A stretch of 54,906 nucleotides of DNA, counting the filler, from Sphacelaria rigidula (taxonomy: Eukaryota): NCBI GenBank assembly GCA_964200075.2. It is 5 parts of 5 records of this genome, joined end to end, with 100 filler letters (N's around TTAATTAATTAA, not from the genome) between each part and the next. Parts side by side here need not be neighbours in the genome. Positions count along the whole stretch, not along the records: positions 22,006 to 32,906 come from CAXNAA020005712.1; positions 33,007 to 43,906 come from CAXNAA020005713.1; 3 more parts are not named here. The stretch is one strand, 5' to 3'. The notes beneath the pieces were generated by a model, which was given only the letters and a program-made list of their open reading frames with translations, searched no databases and was not told where the DNA came from. Below, one piece after another: positions 25,201-39,327 of this stretch (the first letter of the stretch is position 1; each line of letters opens with the position of its first letter). The position numbers and the translations under genes were made by a program.

Positions 25201-28200
25201 TCAAAATACCCTCCTGGTGCAACATTTTGGTGGCATTCGCCGCCATACATCTCTCCCGTGCTGTTGGAGCCTCTACTCGCACTGCTCATTCGCCCGTGTT
25301 CACATCGCAAAAAATTGATATTCACAGCGCCCGAATTAAGATATCACGAATACTTGCTTTTAGTCCGTATACGTGATCCGTGTGACCGCTCTATGCGTTC
25401 AGCAACAATAGGGAGCTTGGCAAGTGAAGCTTCCCGCTTCCTCAGCCGTCAAGTTTTGTTGGTGTTGTCTGAAGGTAGAAATCCGTTTCCTGGCCTCGGC
25501 ATCAGATACCGTACCCCTCTCTGCCAGCGAAGCCGAGCTTCTCCAGTTGTCGGCGTTGTTTCTGGGATTGCTTAATTGGTAGAAATTCACTAAATGACGT
25601 TGGTACCAAGTGCTCTGCCTGCCTCGCCGTCAGACATGTAGCTCAATGTCGGAAACACAGCGTGCGGATTCTGCTGGGGCGGGAATGCAACAGGTGAAAT
25701 GGAGTGTCGTATGGGAGACTTCGCTTCCAGCAGAACTACGCTTGACAAGGCCCTGATTTTGTGCCCATCCAGCATTCGGGCCAGACAGGCAAGAAATATT
25801 CGCGGCAATGTATCAGAAAACGGGTGGCAAGTACCGGCATCAGCAGTAGTGGTGCCAGCAGTAGAAACAACATACGTGGTAGCAAAAGCAGTAGCGACAT
25901 GATGAGTGGTTAGGAGTACGGTCAAGGTTGAGTGCCTCAGGCAAAAACCCGTACCCCAAGTTGGTGTCCGTTTAAGATACCCCACGATCAGATTGTCACC
26001 TCAGATGGATCTAGTGTCTCAGGTGCACACCCCAGACGGATATCTGCATCCCAGATGGGCATTCCAGATGGACATCTACATCTTGGATGAGCGTCCCTGA
26101 TGGATATTCATATCCCAGATGGGTATCCAAGATGAATATGGTACCTTAGATGGAGGTTGTACGATGATGCACTACTCCCGATGACTTCGGGAATGAAGTA
26201 TTGTAGTCGAAATGTGTTAGCCAAACGTACGTGTGCTCACGAGTGCCAGCTTCGTCTTCAACTGGTTTAGTCGGATCGTGCCTCAAACTAGCGGAGAAGT
26301 TCATACGGCGGTCGTTCACTCTACAACTACTGCATCTTTTCATGTCATATATCCGCCCTATCAGTGATGCATACCGAATTGGTACAAAGTATATCACAAA
26401 CAGGATAACACTCGCCTCCTGCAGGTGGCAAACAAACTCCTGAGCACCATCCTGCAGGCCCCGTCTATTCGTCTTCTATGTTACCTACGTAGTCTTTGCT
26501 GCAGGTATGGCACTTTCAAGGTGTCACACGACAGCATTGAAGCCGTCAAGAATCGCACGATGCGGCCATACGCACGTCGTTTAGGATCGCTTGCGCTGTT
26601 GGATAATAACTAGCATAACGAAAACGACCATAATTTGCGCAAGGTGATATCCGTGTCATATGTATACATTTCGTGTTCACGTCATCCGCATCGGCGGTTG
26701 TGGAGCAAACATTCACCATGGGATGGAATAATTATCGTGGCAATCCCGATTCACGTTGAGGGAGCCCATATTTCACTGAAGTACCAATTCTACCTCGTCT
26801 TTGGAAGTACCCAGGCGCCCATTCGGCTCCATGTTGTCCCCATGGGAGGGCATCGTGGTGGTCGCTGCGTGAGCAATACCCATATTCCCAAACAAATATA
26901 GCAAAAGTGAAGAGTGGGTTTTTTATACAGGGCGTGGCATGCTTTCATTGAGTTCCTATCCCCGGCAACGCCCTGTCGTTCTCGCACGTACTGGCCTTCA
27001 GGTCGCATTTTGGTCTGCCGCGCGAAACCCCGCGTGCGACGAGAGCTCCCTCTCCGCTCGCCTGTCGTCTCTCATGGTGCCATGCTCGGACCTTGATTCG
27101 GACGAACGTCTAGAGTTCTTAGCTTCCTGCGCTGCGCTCGTTGCTGGGGCGGTTGCGTCACGTGCAGGTAATGTAGTGCGGAGTATATGTTGAATACTTC
27201 TAATAGGGGGATTCTGCAGGTGAGTGCATGCTAGGGCCTTCATGCGACACTTTCTATGATAAACCCCCCCACCCCAAATAAATAAATACAAGTGGCTGGT
27301 TTGCAGACGCAAAATCACACGTGAATTGAAATGAAGAAGCCGAGCACAACGACCAGGTGGGGATCCCTACGCTTGCGCTCCTTTGCGCTGATGTCCCTCA
27401 TATAAGGCGATTCATGCAACCTGAAACCAAACGCCAGGTGCTATATGACCAGTTTCTTCGTGAAAATTTTGGGCTGGTTTTTGGGGGGGGCTAACGGGGA
27501 AAGTGTTGTGTACGGCGATGAGCGCCATGGCATACCATAAGTGGTGAGCGTCAGTGCATCACACAGTTGATCGGTTTCGTCGCGCGATGATCAGAAGTTA
27601 AACGAGGTTAAGCGAAGCATGTTCAGCGTATCGTTGCCGTACTTTTGCCCATGCGTCATGGGGCCAAACGAGACAGATACGTAGCGGTGCACAACAACAA
27701 CAGCTAGGGGGTGATTATAATATTTCGCGTGTGATGCGGAGTGCCACACATTCTCCACTTATCCGTCATTGAGCTTCTGGCTCATGTCACTACAGGGGCT
27801 GGAAGCAGCGACGATACAAATCGAATGTGGGACGATCGCGTGATAATGGTTCAAGAGCGATGGCTGGAGGCAATTCTGGAATCTTTGGCCACTTCATCTG
27901 CGAGTGAGCAAAATATCGTCCCAGCCTCGCCAAAATCGAGTAACTGCAGTGAACGCAACCAGAGCTGAAGAGTGATCAACACGAACTTTTCATTACTAGT
28001 CGGAATATACCGCAGCTCCTAGATATACTCCAGTCTTGATCGGCGGAGGTTCAAGGCATCACCGTCTGTGCGCTCACTGACTGACGATATTGTTGTCAAT
28101 TCAGGCTCATAATCAACATTTCCGTCAGTTTCACCACGGCGATTGTGCAACTCTCAAGAGGTGTGAATACCTACCTCGAACTGTGGTGACAGCGTGAGAT

Positions 28201-31200
28201 CGTTCATTTTTTCAGCTGGCATCTACGGCTGCAGCTCTTTTTAGTCAGATGTATTTCAAGGATCGGTGAAACCATCTTTCAATATCCCTCAAATCACTGG
28301 GCTCTCACGAAGCGTCTCTTCCTCGGCGCCGTGGTGTTCTTGTTGCCTGCTCATTTACCGTCAGAATAGCTGGTGTACAGTATAACCCATGTGCTGCGCC
28401 GAGTGTTTTAGCTGACACGTTCCTGTCTCATTCACGAACCACCGTCCCTGCCGTACAGAAACATCTACACCACCTCTAGACTCACCCAATCGTGACGATG
28501 CTGCTGTCCCGATGGACATTGAGGAACATGACGACGGCATCGGCAAAGGAACCATCACTCTGAATCGATGTAAGCGATGGGTTGGTGGCTGAGCGATCTT
28601 TTTCTAATAATTAATCATCTATAGAGTGTACAAACTGCGAAGTATAAGTTGCGTGGAGGCCACTCCGCCCACGCACAACAAGGTCGTGTCAGAGAAACCA
28701 TGATCATAGCGCATGCCCCCAAAGCTCTCATTTTTTCCTCCCATACTCATACATCGGTGCACACCATCTCTTCAGCGGCAGCGCTTGCAGTAGCCATGAC
28801 AACTGGAGCAGACACAGAAACAGGAGAGGAGAAGGGACTGCATCCGACCACTCCTACCAAAAGGCATAGATTACACGGGTCTGATGATGAGGCGGTACAA
28901 CACCACAGCAAACCGGCGAAACCCAAAGCAGTACATGTCTTGGCTGCCATAGTGGACAGAGCTTTACTCAGCGCAGGGAGGAATCCTCGACATGACGCTC
29001 ACCCAGTCGGTGATGGTGATGGCGAGCGCAATGCGCAACGATGTGTCGTCGGGCGTTCGGAGCTGTCTCGGGTTTTGCTTTCTGTGGACAAGGCGCTGGC
29101 ATCTGCACCGAGGCTGGGGATCGACCCGGCCGACGACGTTGATATGGACTTTTTGGCGAAGGTGAGTGTCGCGCTGTTAGCGGTTTTCAGTGTGGTGTGT
29201 ACTGATAATCAGTGTACACGGTCTCGAAATTCTGCTAGCTGGGACCGCCTTCCCTGACTTTCGCTCGTTGACAGTTTTTTGCTTCCTCCAGGATGAAACC
29301 GGAACGTGGACAAAAAAGACAGCAGTTTCCTGCAGACGGCACTTGTTTTTTCCTGGCGTAACTAGCCGTAACACCCCTCGGCAGAGGGTGAACGTTTTCA
29401 TCCTCTTCCTGCTCACGATCACCCACCCAACATCGATACGGGCCATTTTTTGTCTACCCCCTACTGTGTACGAGAACTACTGCGTGTCGGTCACACGAGA
29501 GCAGGCGTGCTGGAACCTAGCAGTGAGGTGCTGTGGGCCAGAGTGTGATCTCCCTTGGGCACTTGACATAGGCCATGGTGATGCTGACGGTGGAAGGTAC
29601 CTAAGGCGTGGCGAGATTACCAAGCTCGGGGCTCGGAACATTCAAAACGGAGACCAAGCACTTGATGATGGATGGAGCGTCCATGAAGATGCCGATGTGC
29701 ACGAGAGAAGAGAGCTTTTAGAACTTGCACCAGCGTTTTTTCGGGTCAGTGTGAGAACCACCGCGGTACGGGGGGCAGTCGGGAAAACTGTAGAAAACGT
29801 GCAAATGAAACTCATGCCAGAGCAACTAACGGAAGTTGGAGTACTCATGAGGCATATCCTTCAAACACTGAGATACAAACTCGCTTCACCATCGCGAAGT
29901 GAATCAACAACGTCCGCGGTAAAATCCGTCCATTTCGTGTTGAAATCGCTTTCGCTGTAAGAACCAGATATGTAGGCAGATATAATTCACTTCATAGCTT
30001 GCGGACATCGACAATTCCGAGTGTGAACTCCCGCGTGGAAAAATATCTACAATTTGGTAGTTTTTTTTCCCTCCCACTTTGAAGCCCTCCCCTGCCTCGG
30101 GATGGGACCTTGGTCTCAAAGAATCAAATCCTTTCTCCCCCGGTACGTGCCTTTCAATTCGGTCTCGCGGAGGGGGTCAGTACTCCCGCAACGCGGCAAC
30201 ACACGTTACACGAACCCAATCGAGTACTGCGTTTACTCACGCTCTCACGCTTTCCACGGTGGAAATCATACATTACGAAGAAGAACCCCGACGCACCGGG
30301 AATCGAACCCCCTTTTTCTTCACCCTAATGGCGACAGTCGGACCATTACACCACCGGGGTGCGGCGACAGGTAAAGGCGCAGTGTATTTATAAGTTAAGA
30401 TACTGGGATGGGGATAGAGGAGCTCCGCATTATCGTGCAACCTCCATCTGGGACATGGGCGTACCAGATCGATGCCCACCTGGGATATCACATCTCAGAT
30501 GGATATCCATCTGGGATACGGGTATCCATCTGGGATATGGGTGTCCATCCGGGATATGCATTTGGTGTGTACATGTGCCTTCGAGATGTCCATTTGGGAT
30601 GCAAATATTCCTCCGGGATATTCACCTGGGCTATAAACATCCATTTTGGAGATGGGCATCCATCTGAGACATCCACATCCCAGGCGGACATGTATCTGGA
30701 TGTTGTTATCCATTTCGGGTATCCATCTGAAATATCTGTCGGGGATGTCCACCTAGGCGATTTCCCTTGGATATGAATATCCCAGATGGATGTGATATCC
30801 TAGGTGAACGTCCACCTGGGATATCTATATCCCAGGTGAACTTCCATCTAGCATGTCCATATCCCAGATGGAGGCTGCACGATAATGCAAGACCACGGGG
30901 TTGGATTAGTCTTAAACATAATACCCAGAATAGGATATGATGTATGTGTGCAGTGCACCCCCTTTTTCTCCGCATGTCGGCATTTTACTGAGCCATGGCG
31001 GTTCCTCGCGCAATGATTCCGCCCTGCTTTGGCTTTTGTTGGACCATGAGGGATATCTACGAATGTGTTTGCCGCCATTCACTTTGCCAGCGCCAAATTC
31101 GCTTCTATTTGAGCTCATTGTTGTTTTTGGGTTGTTTTCACCGTGAACGTGTTCCCGAGGCACCATCGTGAACGTTTCGCGGCCATGCTTGCTTCTGATT

Positions 31201-31834
31201 TCCTTCGGTGTGAAAGTCTCCTCAATTTTTTCATTTATCGCTTATCGTTAATAGAACTCCACTTGCGACACAATTTATCACACAGGCTTCTCGGCAATGG
31301 ACAGAGCTTAGGTCGGACGCGAACGGCCCGGAGTGTCTCTTATCCCGGCAAAACTGTATGATGCTTGGTGTCGCCGCTGCGCTTGAGCTCTCGGACTTCA
31401 AAAAGGTTAGTTCTGTGCAAAGAGAAGCAGATGTAACATGAAACGGGTGGTGCTTCCAAAGGGTTGTCCGGAACCGAGTCTATTTGACATCCCACGGTAA
31501 ATAAATCATCGACCCTAGCAATTCGAGGGAGCTCGCTTACACGGGTTCACTGACTGTTCTCGCGTTCTGCCGCCCGTCACTGCTCCGTATTAGCAGGTGT
31601 TTATATCGCAACGAGTGTTATGTTCTTCGGTATTCTAACCACCCGGTCGGGATCCCGACTCCTAGAATGGAAGTGTACACGTTGTGGTGCATGCAACATG
31701 CCTTGTTCTCCGCTTGCACTGTTCCCCGCATGCCGGTGTCGGCAGTCCATCTCAACGACCAGTGTCGGCAGGGAAGATAATGGCAACGGAAGCGCAAGCG
31801 GTGATGCAGACAGAGCGGAAGTAAAAATCAGAAG
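22291..31834 (+). CDS. TPR-repeat protein, probable ZIP4/SPO22/TEX11 family (internal part); exons 22291-22492?, ~23881-24086, 24803-25043, 25694-25788, 27002-27167, 27796-27903?, 28459-28569, 28776-29161, 29505-29744, 31286-31405, 31746-31834
   Basis: Phase-consistent splicing gives TPR-like helices (LAEFFRDREEWDACASWCERAI; GEMECRMGDFASSRTTLDKALILCPS), then DMDFLAKACWNLAVRC and AFFRASRQW...LLSRQNCMMLGVAAALEL. These recall the TEX11 segments WFRKTAWNLAVQC and LIARKTCLLMAVAVDLE (from memory) in the same order. Confidence 0.72.
30060..30366 (-). mobile_element. tRNA-derived SINE, family 2 (intronic)
   Basis: A-box GGTGGTGTAATGG and B-box GGTTCGATTCCC on minus. Confidence 0.82.
30428..30888. 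mobile_element. Foldback MITE built from ATCCCAGATGGAT-like subrepeats
   Basis: TIR GCATTATCGTGCAACCTCCATCTGGGA / TCCCAGATGGAGGCTGCACGATAATGC. A partial copy lies at ~25960-26172. Confidence 0.75.
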
Positions 31835-32281
31835 GTAAAATATTCGGATCTGAAAAACAGCAATGCACAATCCTAAATTACCGGTAATATATCCAACATG
31901 GAAAGAACAGAGACCGGCCATTTCTTTCCTCTTCATTTTTTGCCATGCCGTGGTCTACGATGTTGTTCTGTTCTACCTTTTCTGTCTCTGTTTCTCTCCA
32001 GCAAGTATTTCAGTTTGGTTTTGTCTCGGGTACGCCTATCATGTGATGACGACGACTGGATCCCTGATGGGTCGGTTAAAGTGCGACAATCAACCAACCG
32101 ATCAGGAAAAACATTTTTCCCTGTACAAGCACGCACTTCGTAAACAACGACCAAATCGGTGGTAAATGTTCTTGACTTTTGCCCATTAACCGGCGATGTT
32201 CCCTACTTCATATCTTCGCACAAAGCAGGGCACCCGTAGATGAGAGATCGGACAACTATGCGCCGCCCCCCACTCCCTCTT

Positions 32282-32346
32282 TGCTCCGTCTCGAAAGGGA
32301 TGTGTGGTCAATGATCAAACGAATAAGGCAATCAACAAATGAGTAC
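32282..32346 (+). mobile_element. Extremely 5'-truncated LINE family A 3' end, followed by another LINE fragment (~32390-32635)
   Basis: Matches 53206-53268. It is flanked by near-duplicated CCCCACT(C/T)CCTCT. Similar stubs lie at 43747-43812 (-) and 44007-44042 (-). Confidence 0.75.
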
Positions 32347-35300
32347 GCCCCCCTTCCCCCACTTCCTCTCACGAAGAAGGGATATTGTCCGTTCGTGGAT
32401 GTGACAGGTACAAGACGAAAGAGAGAGACATGATGGACATGAGCGAAAAATAAGCGTCAAGATGGAAAGTAGACGAGGAAAAACACCTGAAGATATTCAG
32501 GGGATTTTGAGAGGGGGTAGTGGTGAAAAGTCATCGGTATGGCCCAATGGACTTTGTGAACATATTAAAACTGCGATCTCGGGTGGTACACTGGACCTAC
32601 CACAAATAAGGAAGTAGTGTACCAGTGCTCGAGTGGGGAAGTACATCAGTGGGCGGTCTAACTATTCAGGGATATCCTGTTGTTTTCCTCGGGTACTACT
32701 CTTCGATAGAACTCGAAATTGCTAGCGTCGGTAGATTTTGGTACAACAAAAGAGATCTTCGAGATACAGTGCTCATGTCAGTCTGAGTTGGTGTTATCGG
32801 TCGAAACAAGTAAACACCCCGTTCATCAGGAGGGTGTTATTGACCGTGAAACACAGTTTTTCGGTCCTAGTGCAATGAGTAGGCGGGATTTCAACAAAAC
32901 AAAAGTNNNNNNNNNNNNNNNNNNNNNNNNNNNNNNNNNNNNNNNNNNNNTTAATTAATTAANNNNNNNNNNNNNNNNNNNNNNNNNNNNNNNNNNNNNN
33001 NNNNNNACTCTCCAATAATACAAAAGACAAAACTATCTATCCTTCGCCACGGGCCACGGAATACACATCAGGGATTGAACCCTCGATCTCTCCGCCCTAA
33101 CGGCGGCAGTTGGACCATTACACCACGGGGGCGCGGCGAAATGCATGGGGTGGGGAAATCGTTTCGAATTTCGGAAGAAAATGAAGGGCACTGAACGGTC
33201 CGGGTACCATTCCACCCTTCGTGCAACCGCTGTCCTCGAACAAAATTCCAGCTGTCACCCCCTTTAGTTGTCCATGGCAGTTAGTATGTTACCATGAATG
33301 CGACCATTGTTTAGGTGTTGCGAAAGGCATTTCCTCAAGAAGAGAATTTCGCGTCAAAATCGTGAACCAGCCTGAATCACTACACGAATGATGGACTTTT
33401 TCGTTTTCCCGCAAATGTGGGCACGTACATCAATATATATGAATAATATAGATATATGAGTAGGGACCTCCCACCACTATATTGGGCATGTGCTTGGACT
33501 CATGTCACCTCGCCAGGTCTCCGATGTCCTCGTCGTGATCGTTAGCAGGGGCAAAACAACTTTCTCGTCCCATATATTGGCCCTACTGGCACGGTTTTCC
33601 GCTCCATGCACGGGTCGGAAGACATTGAATCGTTCCCGAGGGAGGCCTGACCATTCCATGGAAGTTTTCGGTATCTTTGCGGCCAGAAAGGAGCACACGT
33701 GCATCACGAACAACAGCAGACTTGCTCACAAAACGATCATGTCGGCATGCATGGAATATTTTATCGGAGAAACAGCTGCTTTACAGACGGCTTGTTATCG
33801 ATCAAACCTTCGGACGCACGCCGATCATTTTCACATTCAGATCTATTTATTGGTGTCATAATAATATTATACATGTTGTACGGAACATGTCCACTTGAAG
33901 AAATAACAAAAACAGAAAACTAGAAAAAACACCACAAAAAAGGAAAACAAAGAAGCAGAACAAGAAAAACGTCCTGGTTACTGGTACTCAGACATATTAC
34001 CGCGAGCACCTATTAGAGTGCGCACCGTCGGCGGTTCCATGACGATCCAGTTAGGGTCATCGCTGAACGATCAATCAACAATGACAAGGACAAAAAAGGC
34101 ATCGTTTGTCGTCTTGCGTCTATTCGCGCCCAAGACAGAACCAATCGAAACCACCTTAACGATGAAAACTCACAGTGGCATATTTTGAAACAACAGCACA
34201 CGGTCGATCTGAAAAGACGATAAATACACGTAATACCCACCTCTAAAAGTGAATGAAAAGAGTAAGTCGAGTGTGCGCCCATCCTGTCTGAACACAAGCC
34301 TCCTCTTTTTCTCCAGAGCCGTGTCTTTCCCAACGGGCCACTGATCTGGGAATGTGCAAGACACCACCACACAACCACTCGAGAGAAAAAAAATGATTCT
34401 CCACTTCTGTGAAGATGAAAACAACAACAACAGGCGCATCTTCCCGCTAACCCCAAGGACTGTCATTGCGAGTCACCATGAGAGCCCCTATAATGAGCTT
34501 TTGTAATGAACTGGGGGAAAGCCCCTCACACATCGGTCCTACCCCCCCCCTCCTCTCCCCCCGCTTGCGCGAAAAATTACACTAGCGATTGAAAGCAATC
34601 GTCACGATAGCCAAAGCCACGGTTCGGCGCGCACGCGACAACACAGTTCATCGCCCCGCCCCGACCATGTGACCAGAAAAAAAAACGGAAAAATAACTTT
34701 GAGCTGTACCGTCATTGTACAGGCCATGGCAACTTTTATTGTAACTACATTCGTACCTCCGTCCCGTTGGATGAGTTCATTACTTTCTCGTTCAAGCAGC
34801 GATAGTATACGGTACGTGGCGAGCGTGTGTCCCAAGGTTTAGGCTACAGCATACCTTTTCTCGTCGCAACCACCAAAGCGCAAACGGGCTCCCTACCTAC
34901 CATGACATAACAATTCGACTGCATCTGCGATGTATACATGTAGCTATATATATTTCTCCAGCAAACGTCTCCTCTTTAAACTCATCATGTAAATCCTAAT
35001 TTTAGCTTTCATTTCTTGATGGGGTCAAAAGCTGGGGACGGAATGGACACCCAAAACTGCAACCCCGCTACAGCACGCTCCCCCCCTCCCTCTCATTTCA
35101 TGTCTTGCGCCTTGCCTCAGTGCATCATCATGTCCAAGTCGTCATATCCAGAGAACTTGACTGTACCCGTACCCGAAGGATATCGAGGGGAGCGAGCGCA
35201 TGTATTCGTATTTTGAAACAAAAACCAACCGACCAACTAACGAACAAACCATAGAGACAAAAAAGGGGGTATCCACAAACACAGAGCAAAACACTTGTTA

Positions 35301-38300
35301 GCAGAATGAACGACTATCGTCTCTCTCGAGGGAAAAGCGAACACAAAAATCTTCGTTTATTCCCAACATCCATGACCGGTGGCGCTGATTGGCCGGACAA
35401 AAACTGGTCGGCACACCACCATCAGCATCGTCAGTATCACCATATTCAGGGAGGGTCTCTCCCTGCCCACGGGAAAAACAGACGGGAAAAAAAACATGCT
35501 GAATCACCAACATGAAGCACACCAACGATTCGTTTTCGTGCGTGCTAACAGCCAGCAACATGCCAAACCTCACAAAAACCAACACAATTAAACACACAAC
35601 CGCCCCACCCGAAAAATGAACACCTTGCAAAAGGTTACCTCCTCCCTGTCGTGCCGCAACGGTTCCTACGGCTCAACACAAAGTACGTAACGGGCGCAAA
35701 GGCAACAAATATATCATGTGCCCACCCCAGCCTAGTATATATCCACACTGCAGCACATGACAGCACTCAGATTTCCGCCAGTAACTAGACAGCGAACAAC
35801 AAGATATCGATATTGCGTTTGCGCTCGGTAGCAAAAGCTCTTTCAACTTACACATATCCAATCACATAATATAGACCACTTGGTGTGGTCACGAATGCGA
35901 ATGATAAAAGTCGAACTCCACACGCACTTACCAGAAACAATCGGCGCGCGCGCGGGGCGGGGGGGGGGGGAGGGTAGCTCGAGACAAGCAAGGGATAGGG
36001 AGGGAGGGAGGCACATTCACGATATCAAGTTTCAAACAGATCAAACAATCACCCCACCACCTATCATCTCATCAGAATTTTATCGTGTGCCGCCAAAAAG
36101 GCAAGGAAGTCAGAAAGCATTTGAATCACTACTAAGAACAAGAAAGTTTCGCAGTTGTCGCCCAGTACTTGTACATCTCCTATATTTGCCCTTCGGTCAT
36201 GAATAAACAAACGCATCCTTACATAACTCGGTTCTTCCACCGATCCACGTATTTTCTCTTTTTTTTCTGTGAAATAATATTTTTGTCCAAGCTACTGCGC
36301 AGTATATTTTCTCAAGTCATTTGTGCTACCCACTTGCCATGGTCGTCATCATACGTACTCTCGCATCCTCATCACCAGGAGCCCCGGCAACTTCATACGA
36401 AGCTAACCAAGGATGAACATACATGGAACCCCCCCCCCTCCCCTCCAGACAAACTAAGGGAACAAGCAGCGGAACAAGAATAAAAGAACAAAACAAAAAT
36501 CCTGGAAGATCGTGGTAGAAACGACGAAGGTAACATATATATCATCATGCCGTCTTCGTTCTGCTACGCAACATTTCCGCTATCCATGGACCAACCCACG
36601 CAACATGGGAACACAGAAGAGCAAAAGTTGATATAAAAACCTCGCGACCCAGCCAAATCGGATGCTACACCTAGCTCATTATCTCACCAAAATATTATCT
36701 GCTATTTTTAACCAGTCATTTTCCAGAGCGTGGCTAACGGCATACAGCAGTATGCTCGGTATCGCCCGATAGCAAACTCAAACCACCAAATTTTTTATAC
36801 CGATGAGAAAAACAAAAACGCCAATCCGTTCTCGTTCAAAGTTCTCCTAACGCCGCCGCACCTGCCCACCTCCCTCCGACCAAAATATTTTCCTCACGGA
36901 CCCCGTAATTATTTTGTTATTGTTTATATTATAAAATGCACTCGCTTCGGGTTGTATGTTGAAAAAAAAAAATGCCGGGAAATCACCGGCAGTAGTAGTG
37001 GAGAAAGTATATTCAGACAACACACTCAAAAGACTAACACAAATCTAAGTTTTCTTTCAACAAGAGGCTTTGGTAATTGCATTGCTGTCACTCTCTTTTT
37101 GACGCGGCTTAGCGCCTCAAACAAGACATCCTCTCTTTTGTTCTTTACTCCTTTGGATACCGCTCCTTCATCAGCTATGAGCTATCGATGTCAACATTCA
37201 ATGAAAATCGACACATCCAACCTGCTTCCACCCGCAACCGTTGTCCAAGTTGGACCGGACCGTATTCGGCTACCATGACTAATAATATCACGCTCAATAA
37301 ATGCACCGGACCAACGGCGCAAAACTGGAGATCATTGTGCACGGCATTATAATAGCCTGTGGAATATCTCCCGTTCTTCAGACGCATCGCAGCCCCCAGT
37401 GCATGGTCATCACCACCTTGCAAAAGTACAGCATCAAAACACTTTTTTTTCAAGCGATTGTTGATACAACGAAAAACGGAAACCCTGTATCCGTTGCGCT
37501 GGACGCACGCCAGAGCCCTGGCTTGCCGTGTAAAACAAAAGAAACAAATACGTCTACACAAAAAAGAAGAAAAAAAAACACACACACACCCAAGAAAAAA
37601 AAACGTCTCCAGGAGAAACAAAAAAATCCAGGAGTTAGTTAAAGAAAAAAAATCCCCGAGAAAATATATGTCACGTCCACGAGAAAAGCGCGGACAGCGC
37701 TGGCTGGCTGATGAGAACTGGAGAGACTCGCTAACGAACAACACGAAAACGAACAACGACTGATCCAACTAGAACAGGAAACCCCTCATGCCAAAAAAAA
37801 GCAAAAGATCAAGGCCATTTCGTTCCCTGTCATGTCAAGAGCCAACAACAAGGGAAAGAACAACTGCGGGAAATGAACTATCGGGCATACACAACACCAT
37901 TGAGTGTACACGCAGCCGAACAGCAACGATGTATATAAAAAACAAAAATCACCGAACAAGGAACTTAAGATTTAAGAAATTTCGGTCAGGACCCATCGCG
38001 AGGGAGAAACAAGTTACCTCGAAGTTATCCCGAAATATAGTTTTTTTAAAATGGCTCAGCGCATCTTCAAATTTTGTTGCATGAGCTCGAGCGTTTCACA
38101 GGACACACCATTGCCACACACGGTTGGAAAACGCGCGGCGAACACCTCCAATCAGCAACAAACGTGGGCTTCCGATTCCGACCGAGCCGGTCTAACCGCG
38201 CTAGTATCACCTTTCCCTATCCAGACAAATGTATGGGGGTGAGGGGGAGAGGGAGGTAATCGCTCAAACTCTAGGGAATCACCACAGATCATACGGAACA

Positions 38301-39327
38301 CATAGAAAAGTGAAGCGCGAAATATAAGCGGCGCTGTCTTTTTCGTGTACACAACTCATTTGCTCCCCTCTTTTTTTTCGAAAGAAAGGGAGAGCCTCAT
38401 CACAGATAAGCGTTAAAACGAGCACCAGAGACAGCAAACCCCGAATAATGGAGCGTCCCACTGAATATACAACAAAACAGGAACTTATTCACGATAAAAA
38501 TCCGAAAGAAGGGAACAACAGCAACAACAGGAACAGCAACAACAACTACAAAAACAAAAATAACAGGAGGAGCACGAACGATACAATACCAAGAGGGTAA
38601 AAAGATGGCGAAAGACATGATAGTAGTGCAGACACGCACACACGCGCGCGCACATACACGAGAAAAAAAAAAAAAACACTCGAAAATAAAACACCCGACT
38701 CCAACTTCAGAGTCACCGCACTGCTACCGCTACGCTACGACGATGCTAAAAACGGCCAACAGAAAACAAAATGCTTCAACTAAAGGAAAAAAAAGATGTT
38801 GCTATTGTAATAGATAGTCACGAAAAGTCGTGAAGACATTAAGCCCATCCTGTACCCCCCTCCCTCCAACCGTCCATCTCGTATTTTCACATGAGAGCGT
38901 TTGCCTACACCTTGTTTCAGTACCAACCCGCAGAGAGACTTACCGGCGGCACGTGACCCACAACCGACAAAAAAGACTAAATACATCAAAAAAGAAGGAA
39001 AATAAATAACGCGTAAAGAGGCGCCGGACGCGCCATGGACGGAAGGACGTACAGTGCACGCCAGTCACCTGTCGTGATTTCTGTTATCTCTTCGGAAAAA
39101 GAGAAAAACAAGCAAGGAAAAATAAGAAAAACTTGACAGCTCGTATAAATAAAAATGCGAAAATGAAACATGGTCACTGACAGACCACAGACCCATCGGC
39201 CGGCTCCACGTTCATCAACACGGACACACTGCACTCACAGGAAGTCAACCTTATGCCGCCCAACCACTCACATCAAGTCGTGGACAAACGTTAGGGACAA
39301 CGAACTTCACTGGTTCTCCGAAATACC

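Noticed and set aside
26425..26503. Exon-like segment VANKLLSTILQAPSIRLLCYLRSLCC
   Set aside because: It ends in phase 2 and would break the frame with the 27002 exon. The direct 25788-27002 join gives a better TPR helix.
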